A stretch of DNA of 55,281 nucleotides from an uncultured Gammaproteobacteria bacterium (GTDB lineage Bacteria > Patescibacteriota > Microgenomatia > Daviesbacterales > UBA10151): contig CAZYBP010000002.1 in assembly GCA_964645555.1 (NCBI GenBank), positions 1-55,281 on the forward strand, written 5' to 3'. The translations under genes were made by a program, and so were the position numbers. Below, in pieces: positions 24,529 through 31,875 of the stretch. Below the pieces are notes generated by a model. That model was not told the DNA's origin. It did no database searches and saw only the letters and a program-made list of their open reading frames with translations. Positions within the stretch are counted from its first letter, which is position 1. The number at the start of each line of letters is the position of its first letter.

Positions 24529-25791
24529 TTATACATCAAATCTTTCAATGTCTGCACCTAAGCTTCGTAGCTTCCCAACTACATCTTCATATCCCCGTTC
24601 TATTAACTCCGCTTGGCCGATTATACTCTTACCCTTCGCTACCAAACTGGCTAACACCATAGCCATACCGGCTCTAATATCCGGAGTATCTACATTCCTA
24701 CCCTTAAGTTTGGAGGGTCCTGAAATCAGCACCCGGTGAGGGTCTGCTAATACTATCTGTGCTCCCATGGAAATGAGTTTATCTACAAAAAACATCCTGG
24801 ATTCGTACATCCAATCATGGCATAGAACTACTCCCTTTGATTGTGTTGCCAGCACTATAGCTACACTCATCAAATCTGTTGGAAATCCTGGCCAGATATT
24901 AGTTGTTAACCTGGGCGGAGACTTTAGTTTCTCTGACCAAAAAGTAATAGCCCCATCCTCCCTTTCCATCTTAATACCAAAATCTTTTAGGGGTGAATGA
25001 ATCGGATCTAAATCTGTATTATCAATTCCCTCTAATTTAATCCTTCCCCCGGTAATTGCTGCTGCCACAGCATAGGTACCTATCTCTATATAATCAATAC
25101 GGATCCGGAATTTAGTACCAAACAATTTACTAACACCGTCAATTACTAAAGTATCTGTTCCAATCCCATCAATCTTAGCACCCATCTGTAAAAGCATGTT
25201 ACATAAATCCACAATATGAGGCTCTTTAGCACAATTCCTTAGGGTAACTGTTCTGTCTCCTAAAACAGAGGCCAAAATTAGATTTTCTGTAGCTGTAACT
25301 GAAGTTTCTTTCAGAAAGATATCAACCTGTTTTCCGTTTCCAGTTTTTGGTAAGTTTAAGGTATATCTTAAATTATCTCTTTTCACACTTGCCCCAAGTG
25401 CTTTAAAGCCTTCAATATGCGTATCAATGCTCCTTCTCCCAATAATATCTCCGCCTGGATGCCAAAATGTCACTTTATCTTTCCTTGCCAACATACTACC
25501 TACCAGTACTAATGATCCCCGTAGTTTTGTCATCAGTTTCTCTGGTAAGGTAGCGTGGTTAATATTTTCAGCCTTAATGGTAAGGGTTGAATCTACTTTC
25601 TTTGCGTAAATACCCAATTTATTGAGTATATTAATTAAAACCGTAGTATCTTTTAAATCAGCAATATTGTCTAAAATTACTTCCTCCTCGGTTAGTAATG
25701 CTGCAGCTACGCAGGGGAAAACGGAGTTTTTATTACCTGAAACTTGAATTTTTCCTTCTAATTTTTTTCCACCTTTAACAAAGTAACGCAT
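24529..25791 (-). CDS. murA: UDP-GlcNAc 1-carboxyvinyltransferase MurA (Asp at the Cys115-equivalent position)
   Basis: MRYFVKGGKKLEGKIQVSGNKNS start and the KLRGSLVLVGSMLAR...HPGGDIIGRRSIDTHI active-site loop. The start is set at the ATG at 25791, one nt after the murB-like stop. Confidence 0.92.
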   Translation of the reverse strand: MRYFVKGGKKLEGKIQVSGNKNSVFPCVAAALLTEEEVILDNIADLKDTTVLINILNKLGIYAKKVDSTLTIKAENINHATLPEKLMTKLRGSLVLVGSMLARKDKVTFWHPGGDIIGRRSIDTHIEGFKALGASVKRDNLRYTLNLPKTGNGKQVDIFLKETSVTATENLILASVLGDRTVTLRNCAKEPHIVDLCNMLLQMGAKIDGIGTDTLVIDGVSKLFGTKFRIRIDYIEIGTYAVAAAITGGRIKLEGIDNTDLDPIHSPLKDFGIKMEREDGAITFWSEKLKSPPRLTTNIWPGFPTDLMSVAIVLATQSKGVVLCHDWMYESRMFFVDKLISMGAQIVLADPHRVLISGPSKLKGRNVDTPDIRAGMAMVLASLVAKGKSIIGQAELIERGYEDVVGKLRSLGADIERFDV

Positions 25792-25792
25792 A

Positions 25793-26377
25793 TTAAGATT
25801 TTGCTTTAACTTTAAAAACAGCCGATACAATTATGTGCCTTTTAAAGTTTAGTTCTTCCACTCCTATTTGTTCGATTTCACTATCTAAGTCTAATACTTT
25901 AATACTTTTCGTAATTCTTTGCAAAAACCTATTTAAAAATAGGTTTCCTCCAATGCTGCCGGGAATACCTTCTATTTCACTGGTCAATAACCCTTGAGCA
26001 GTTAAATATTCACAAAATTTAGCAATACTTACTCCCGATTCTACCTCAACTAATGCCTCCTCCACTCCTATACCGAACTTTGTTACTTTACCCTTAACAG
26101 ACACTGTCTGTATACCTTTAGTCCTATTTTTAATTACCATGCCCTCAAAGCCTGCATCTGACATCATAATTTTGCTGCCGGTGCCAAACATAAAGAAGGG
26201 TAACTTTAATTCCCTGCACATTTTTACCAATTTAACTAATTCGTTGGTCGTAAAAGCAATAAAAAAAACTTTAGCCGGCCCGCCCGCTTGTAAGAATGTA
26301 TAGTCTTTCAAAGACTCATTAAATTTAAATTTCTCTTTGCCAAAAGAATCAATAATTAATTTGTATTTACTATCCAT
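25793..26377 (-). CDS. murB: MurB-like FAD-binding protein lacking the MurB C-terminal domain
   Basis: 194 aa with LKDYTFLQAGGPAKVFF, FMFGTGSKIMMSD (GxGSN-like) and GIPGSIGGNLFLN, which match the MurB N-terminal FAD_binding_4 region. The ORF ends about 100 aa early, before the SAGS.FKNP region. Confidence 0.7.
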   Translation of the reverse strand: MDSKYKLIIDSFGKEKFKFNESLKDYTFLQAGGPAKVFFIAFTTNELVKLVKMCRELKLPFFMFGTGSKIMMSDAGFEGMVIKNRTKGIQTVSVKGKVTKFGIGVEEALVEVESGVSIAKFCEYLTAQGLLTSEIEGIPGSIGGNLFLNRFLQRITKSIKVLDLDSEIEQIGVEELNFKRHIIVSAVFKVKAKS

Positions 26378-27555
26378 CTAACAACCTCCACATCCGACCA
26401 TGGTATTTCCTTCTTCCCATCTAAATTCATCGAAAGTTCATGCCCTTTGCCGAAAATTCCGACTATATCTCCTTTTTTGGCTAAATTATTTATAGCAAAC
26501 TCAATTGCTTTTTTTCTATCATTGATTACAAAGAAATTTTTATTTTCTTTTGCTCCAGACTTTTTTGCTCCTTGAGTAATTTGAGCATTTATCCTCTCAA
26601 TTAATCCTCTTGGATCAACAGCAGTAACAATTACAATATCTGCAAGTCTTTGTGCAATGTCCCCCATCATTGCTCTTTTACCCTCATCCCTAAAGCCCTC
26701 TGCTCCGATCAACGCGATAATCTTTCCCCTCCTTTGGGTTCTTAAAGCTTTTAGAGCTTGTTCCAATCCATTGGGAGTATGGGCAAAATCTACAAATATT
26801 TTTATACCCTTATTATTCTTTATCTCCTCCATTCTGCCCTTGAGCCCTGTGAAATTTTCCAAGGCCTTTTTTGCTGTCTCTTTTTTAATGTCTAATACAA
26901 AGGCTACAGCTAAAGCAGCCAGAGCGTTTTCTAAATTGTAATCTCCGGGAATTTGTAATTTCAACTTAATTTCTTTTTGATTAAAATTCCCTTTACTTAA
27001 ACCGAAGGTAAGCAATTTTCCCGTAATCCCTCTAACTTCTCTATTTACAATAGCAAACTTCACATTTTGGATAAGTTTTAATTTAGTATTTAAGTAATTT
27101 TCAAAAGTTTTATGATAATCCAAATGCTCATGAGTAATATTAGTAATAACCCCAACCTCAAATTTTATCCCCCAAAATCTGTATTGATCTAATGAATGGG
27201 AAGTCACTTCTAAAACTAAATATTCATCTTTATGATCTTTAGCTGCTTTTGCAAATTTTTGTATAGTAAGTGGGTCAGGGGAGGTAACATGAAAACCTGT
27301 ATCATAAGATTTTCCGGCAACTTCTGCATTTATAGTAGAAACCATGGAGACTTTTTTACCTGCAGATTTTAAGATTTGATAAATCATATTCGTAGTGGTA
27401 GTTTTACCATCCGTTCCGGTTATTCCAATAACTTTCATTCCCCTGGTAGGGAAGCCATACCAAATATTGGCCAAAATTGCTTTTGGAAGATGCCAAAATT
27501 TATTAATAAACTCCTGTGAGATCAATTGCTTAAGAATTTTTTTCAGCTTTTGCAT
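26356..27555 (-). CDS. murE: UDP-MurNAc-L-Ala-D-Glu:diamino-acid ligase MurE (short form)
   Basis: P-loop GITGTDGKTTTT, LEVTSHSLDQYR, DFAHTPNG, GAEGFRDEGKR and a TAVDPRG (DNPR-like) motif. It is 399 aa long, with a reduced N-terminal domain. Confidence 0.8.
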   Translation of the reverse strand: MQKLKKILKQLISQEFINKFWHLPKAILANIWYGFPTRGMKVIGITGTDGKTTTTNMIYQILKSAGKKVSMVSTINAEVAGKSYDTGFHVTSPDPLTIQKFAKAAKDHKDEYLVLEVTSHSLDQYRFWGIKFEVGVITNITHEHLDYHKTFENYLNTKLKLIQNVKFAIVNREVRGITGKLLTFGLSKGNFNQKEIKLKLQIPGDYNLENALAALAVAFVLDIKKETAKKALENFTGLKGRMEEIKNNKGIKIFVDFAHTPNGLEQALKALRTQRRGKIIALIGAEGFRDEGKRAMMGDIAQRLADIVIVTAVDPRGLIERINAQITQGAKKSGAKENKNFFVINDRKKAIEFAINNLAKKGDIVGIFGKGHELSMNLDGKKEIPWSDVEVVRWIVNTN

Positions 27556-27667
27556 TGAAGCTAATTATATCAGAACACCCACACAACACCCACACCGGGT
27601 GTGTCGTAGCTTGACACATAAGGAAACTATTGTGCAAATTCTAACCCCAGGGGTTAACTAGCTTCAA
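27555..27667. repeat. 113-bp structured intergenic element bounded by 12-bp imperfect inverted repeats (MITE/REP-cluster-like or murE leader)
   Basis: ttgaagctaatt (27555-27566) pairs with aactagcttcaa (27656-27667) at 11/12 positions as an inverted repeat. Inside are the 33-nt REP-like motif and a perfect hairpin TAACCCC-a-GGGGTTA (27642-27656). The left arm starts at the first base of the murE ATG. Confidence 0.6.
27588..27620. repeat. REP-like 33-nt double-hairpin element, copy 2
   Basis: acccacaccGggtgtgtcgtagcttgacacata matches 6809-6841 at 32/33 positions, in the same orientation on the plus strand. Confidence 0.7.
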
Positions 27668-27686
27668 ACCCCGGGAATGAAAATTT

Positions 27687-28451
27687 TTATATTCCGGAGA
27701 TAGTAACAGTTGAATTTAGGTCTGTTGGAATACCTTCAGGTTTCTTTGCTACTACATCCCAATTCCAAGCTAACGCTGAAGCAATCAAACTATCTGATAG
27801 ACCATAAGCGGGTAAATAAACTAAGGCAGGAGTCAATGCTCCAGGTAATCCTGCTTTTATCTTTACATCTTCAAAACCTGCTTTTTTGCAGGCTTTAGCG
27901 TTCAGTTTGCTAGCATAGGGGTATATCAAAACTTCCATAAATGCTGTTACGAGTCTCCCTCCAGGTTTCAAAACTCGATATGCTTCCTGTATATAGTCCA
28001 TATTTCCCCCTGTAAAATTACTAGCCATTACCACATCAAAACTGTTATCACTAAAGGGAAGCCTTCCTGCATCAGCAGTTACTATCTCATCATGTTTTTC
28101 TCTTCTTAAGATACGATCTAACCAATATCCAATTTTCTTGTTTCTATGCGAAATGTTAGGATTAATATCTAAGGAAACAAATACCCCTTCCTTACCCACT
28201 CTACCAGAATTAACCTTATAAGAAGGATAGCCACTCCCTACTTCTAAAACTTTATCTCCTTTTTCAATCCGAGCTCTATTACCTGTAACCCATAAATGAA
28301 CCGGCCTTAAAGTAAATAAAAGTGAAAAAATTGGCCAAGCGACCTCATTCCGAACCCTTGACTCAAACTGGCACAATTTATTAACAACATTTCTAAATTT
28401 GCTACTTTGTACAAGGTTTTCTGCCGGTAGATTATCACCTGTATTTTCCAT
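27687..28451 (-). CDS. Class I SAM-dependent methyltransferase inserted between ftsI and murE
   Basis: Motif I VLEVGSGYPSY, VFVSLDINPN, FDVVMASNF and RVLKPGGRLV. The start is set at the ATG at 28451 (MENTGDN...), because the longer ORF to 28607 overlaps the ftsI 3' end by 116 nt in another frame. Confidence 0.7.
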   Translation of the reverse strand: MENTGDNLPAENLVQSSKFRNVVNKLCQFESRVRNEVAWPIFSLLFTLRPVHLWVTGNRARIEKGDKVLEVGSGYPSYKVNSGRVGKEGVFVSLDINPNISHRNKKIGYWLDRILRREKHDEIVTADAGRLPFSDNSFDVVMASNFTGGNMDYIQEAYRVLKPGGRLVTAFMEVLIYPYASKLNAKACKKAGFEDVKIKAGLPGALTPALVYLPAYGLSDSLIASALAWNWDVVAKKPEGIPTDLNSTVTISGI

Positions 28452-28491
28452 GTGATGAGTTATAATTATTGTACCATGCTGTTTTATTCTT

Positions 28492-30189
28492 TTATTCTGT
28501 TGGAGCGATTTTGTAGTAGGTAAAAAGCTGTTTGGCAATTTCAAAAAAGGTTGGTGCTGCTGTTTCTGCTCCAAAAATAGAAGAAGAGGGCTGATCATAG
28601 CGGACAAGCATTACAAATTTTGGATCATCAGCCGGAGCAAATCCTACAAATGAAGCAATGGTTTGATCAGGATCATAATGCCCGGCAACAGGAATTTGTG
28701 CAGTACCAGTTTTTCCGGCAATCTTAAATCCTTTAAGTCTCACAAAATTTGCCTCTCCCTTTTCCACCGCAGCCACCATCATTTCTTTGATCTGCTGCGC
28801 TGTTGGTTCCTTAATTACCTGTCTGATTATTTTCGGCTTAATTTCAAACACTCCATTTTCATCCGAAATCTTTTTAACTACATGGGGTTCCATCAGATAT
28901 CCTCCGTTGGCAATTGCTGCTACAGCCCTCACCATTTGTATAGGAGTAACAGCAATCCCCTGTCCAAAAGAAGCAGTTGCCAAATCAATCTCTCTCCATG
29001 CTTTCTTTTGCCTAATCCCGGGGGAAAATTCATCCTGCAGATCAATATCTGTAGAGTTACCAAAACCGAAATTTTCCAAGTACAAATAAAACCTATCCAG
29101 TCCCAGTTTCTTACCCACAAATACCATACCTGTATTATCTGAATGAATAATAACATCTGTTAAGGTTAAATCAGGCCGGTACTGATTATTCCAGGTTCTA
29201 ATCAAAAACCCTCCTAAGGATACGGGCCCGGAACATATATCGCACTTTGTATCCGGTTTAACCAAATCCTCATTTAAAGCAGCTGCCATCACCAAAACTT
29301 TAAAGGTTGAACCTGGTTCATATTGATTGGCAACTACAGAATCTTTATAGTATTCTTTGGGAAAATCAACATAACTTTGTGGGTCATAGGCTGGAAAAGC
29401 TGCCAGGGCCAGAACATTTCCAGTTTTGGGATCCATTACGACTGCTGAAGCAGCCTTAGCCCCATATTTCTCCATTCCCGACTTTAAGCTTTGCTCAACA
29501 ATATATTGTACAGTCCTATCTAAGTTTAAGGTTAGATCTTTCCCATTTTTAGCTTGAGAAGTCAAGAAGCTGCCAATAATTATCGGTAAACCTAAAGCGT
29601 CTTTTTCATGACGTACTAAACCAGACATACCCTTAAGTTCACCATCATAATAGCCTTCTAAACCAAAATAACCTTTACTTTCACCGTTGCCGGATGAACC
29701 GACAAATCCTAAAAGGTGTGCAGAAGATGATCCTTCCGGATAAAATCTGCTGCTGGTTTGCTCAAAGCCTATAGATGGTAAGTTCAAACTCTCAACTTCC
29801 TTTTTCTGTTCCAGGGAAATCCTGTTTTTCAAACGGACCCAATATAGATCCTTAGATAATTTAGATATAAAGTCTTTGGCTACTTCATCCACATCTTCTC
29901 TCTCTTCTCTTAGAACTTTTGCCAGTGAATAAGCAAAGTTCGTTACAGCTTCTTTACTAATCAATTTAGGATTAGCAAATACGGAAAAGGAAGGATTTGA
30001 TGAAGTCAGTATTGCTCCGTCACTAAAAAAGATATTACCTCTTAGAGCTTGCGTTTTAACATCCGTAAAATGCTGGTCTTCCGCTTGAGCTTGTAAATAC
30101 TCTGCCTTGACCACTTGCCAATAAAAAAGCCTGGCAATAATGGCAAAAAAGAAAAGTAGAAAAAAAGATTTAACCAGAAATATCCGCAT
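28492..30189 (-). CDS. ftsI: Class B penicillin-binding protein / division transpeptidase FtsI
   Basis: N-terminal TM helix, PBP dimer domain, and the transpeptidase motifs STFK (EPGSTFKV), SDN (HSDN) and KTGT (AGKTGTA). Confidence 0.9.
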   Translation of the reverse strand: MRIFLVKSFFLLFFFAIIARLFYWQVVKAEYLQAQAEDQHFTDVKTQALRGNIFFSDGAILTSSNPSFSVFANPKLISKEAVTNFAYSLAKVLREEREDVDEVAKDFISKLSKDLYWVRLKNRISLEQKKEVESLNLPSIGFEQTSSRFYPEGSSSAHLLGFVGSSGNGESKGYFGLEGYYDGELKGMSGLVRHEKDALGLPIIIGSFLTSQAKNGKDLTLNLDRTVQYIVEQSLKSGMEKYGAKAASAVVMDPKTGNVLALAAFPAYDPQSYVDFPKEYYKDSVVANQYEPGSTFKVLVMAAALNEDLVKPDTKCDICSGPVSLGGFLIRTWNNQYRPDLTLTDVIIHSDNTGMVFVGKKLGLDRFYLYLENFGFGNSTDIDLQDEFSPGIRQKKAWREIDLATASFGQGIAVTPIQMVRAVAAIANGGYLMEPHVVKKISDENGVFEIKPKIIRQVIKEPTAQQIKEMMVAAVEKGEANFVRLKGFKIAGKTGTAQIPVAGHYDPDQTIASFVGFAPADDPKFVMLVRYDQPSSSIFGAETAAPTFFEIAKQLFTYYKIAPTE

Positions 30190-30485
30190 TAGCGAATATA
30201 TAATATACTTTGTCCGGACGAAAAACCAAGTTCAGCTGATTCTGAAGCTATATTTATATACGAAGATCTTTTGGCAATTTCATTTTCCAGGATCTGGTTC
30301 TCCATTCGTAGATTCTTTTCAGCTGTAGTTAATTTTTCAAACCTTTCACCATAAGCAATCATTGTGTTGTTTACCCAAATTTCAATCAGCATCAAAGCAG
30401 ATAAACCAATAATTGCCAAAATTATATATAGTTTTGGCAATTTTCTTTTAGTCTCTTCCGGTTCAAAAGTCTTAATAATAGTCAT
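30189..30485 (-). CDS. ftsL: FtsL-like small bitopic division protein
   Basis: 98 aa with a single TM helix followed by a coiled-coil (EKNLRMENQILENEIAK). It sits between rsmH and ftsI with overlapping junctions. Confidence 0.6.
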   Translation of the reverse strand: MTIIKTFEPEETKRKLPKLYIILAIIGLSALMLIEIWVNNTMIAYGERFEKLTTAEKNLRMENQILENEIAKRSSYINIASESAELGFSSGQSILYIR

Positions 30486-31399
30486 AGTTTTTCAAACACC
30501 CGCATCTTGGCAGAACGGGATCTGGGGTTTAATGCCACCTCCTCAGTAGTTGACATTATTGGTTTTTTAGTTAAAACCTTACCCAATCCTCTAATTTGCC
30601 ACTCTTTAAAAGTGTTTTTAACGATCCTATCCTCAAGTGAGTGAAAACTAATAACCACAATGCGGCCATTTTTTTGAATTAAATTTACTGCCTGGTTTAT
30701 CCCTTCTGTTAAAACATCTAACTCGTCATTAACTGCGATTCGTAAAGCCTGAAATACTCTGGTGGCTGGATGTATTTGTTCTTTAGCAGCCCTATTTTTT
30801 CCAACTGTCCTAACTATCACCCCGGCCAAATCCTGCGTTGTCGTAATAGGCTTTATTTGACGGGTGCTGACCAAAGCATCAGCCAGTCTCCCAGAATATT
30901 TTTCCTCACCCAGGCTATAAAATAATTCATTTAACTCCTTTCTTGATAAAATTTTTACTAAGTCTAGTGCCCTGACTTCAAGCTCAGGGTCCATTCTCAT
31001 ATCTAAAGGTCCCTCTTTACTAAAAGAAAAACCCCTTTCGGGGTTCTCAAGTTGCAAACTGGAAACCCCAAGATCAAAAATTGCACCTGCAATCTCAAAA
31101 TTAAGCGTGTCCATCTGCTTATTCCGTCTAAAGACGGATTGTATTAAATTTTCCACATTCCTAAAATTCCCCTGTACTAATTTAAATTTGTCACTCCCAA
31201 TGCCTAAATTTCCAAACCTCCTTTGCACTCGTTCTAGGGCCTGCGGGTCTACATCAATACCAATGATTTTACCCCCCCGCGAAATAATTTCTATCGAATG
31301 CCCTCCGTCGCCTAAAGTACAATCCAAGTACCAGGCATCTCGGATATTGAGTGCATCTACAGCCTCTTCCAAAAGCACACTGCTATGATACCCTTGCAT
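30482..31399 (-). CDS. rsmH: 16S rRNA (cytosine1402-N4)-methyltransferase RsmH/MraW
   Basis: HSSVLLEEAV, DCTLGDGGHS, DLGVSSLQL and FHSLEDRIVK motifs. The ATG at 31399 is preferred; an alternative TTG lies at 31411. Confidence 0.92.
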   Translation of the reverse strand: MQGYHSSVLLEEAVDALNIRDAWYLDCTLGDGGHSIEIISRGGKIIGIDVDPQALERVQRRFGNLGIGSDKFKLVQGNFRNVENLIQSVFRRNKQMDTLNFEIAGAIFDLGVSSLQLENPERGFSFSKEGPLDMRMDPELEVRALDLVKILSRKELNELFYSLGEEKYSGRLADALVSTRQIKPITTTQDLAGVIVRTVGKNRAAKEQIHPATRVFQALRIAVNDELDVLTEGINQAVNLIQKNGRIVVISFHSLEDRIVKNTFKEWQIRGLGKVLTKKPIMSTTEEVALNPRSRSAKMRVFEKL

Positions 31400-31400
31400 A

Positions 31401-31796
31401 TTACTTCTCAAGCTGCACCTGCTGTTTCTCCCAAAGAGTCAAATCCCAAACCTCAAAATGATCTCCGGCCCCGATTATGTATACCTCTTTTCTAAACTCT
31501 AAATTATCCATGAACTCTTGGGGTAGGATGAATCTACCTTGGCCATCCAAGACACATTCTTCCGCTTTAGGAAAGAGCTTGAGTCTTTCGACCCGACCTT
31601 CTTCAGTGGAAAGTGGGAATCTTAAGACACTTTCTGATAGTTTCAACCAATTTTCCAAATCAAATCCCCAAACTTCCCCATTTTCCCCCAAAAGTATATA
31701 AAACTTATCTTCATTTCCTAATCCCTTCCTAAATCTCTTTGGTAATACCAACCTATTTTTGCCAGTGAAGTAAGTTTTGAAGCTACCCAAAAACAT
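31401..31796 (-). CDS. mraZ: Transcriptional regulator MraZ
   Basis: 131 aa with two SpoVT/AbrB-like halves (GKNRLVLPKRFRK and GQGRFILPQEF) and DHFEVW. It is the first gene of the dcw cluster. Confidence 0.9.
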   Translation of the reverse strand: MFLGSFKTYFTGKNRLVLPKRFRKGLGNEDKFYILLGENGEVWGFDLENWLKLSESVLRFPLSTEEGRVERLKLFPKAEECVLDGQGRFILPQEFMDNLEFRKEVYIIGAGDHFEVWDLTLWEKQQVQLEK

Positions 31797-31845
31797 ATAT
31801 TTTGGGCAGATTCACCATCTAAACTCATTTTGAACCATTTTATAT

Positions 31846-31860
31846 TCTCTTGTCAAGAGA
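31846..31860. promoter_or_regulatory. 15-bp perfect palindrome overlapping a consensus TTGACA upstream of mraZ (candidate operator / dcw promoter -35)
   Basis: tctcttgTcaagaga is a perfect inverted repeat (7+1+7). On the minus strand it contains TTGACA (31856-31851), about 55 nt upstream of the mraZ ATG. The best -10 candidate is only CAAAAT with an 18-nt spacer. Confidence 0.35.
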
Positions 31861-31875
31861 GGAAAAGAGGAGCAA

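Noticed and set aside
28452-28607. N-terminal extensions of ORF-track models that overlap the upstream gene: 28452-28607 (methyltransferase), 22271-22357 (ftsW), 25792-25830 (murA), 42198-42248 (GT-C), 38412-38420 (GT4).
   Set aside because: In each case an internal ATG sits at or next to the upstream stop codon (ATGA-type junction), and the homologous protein family begins at that Met. The extensions are out-of-frame read-through of the neighbouring gene's 3' end.
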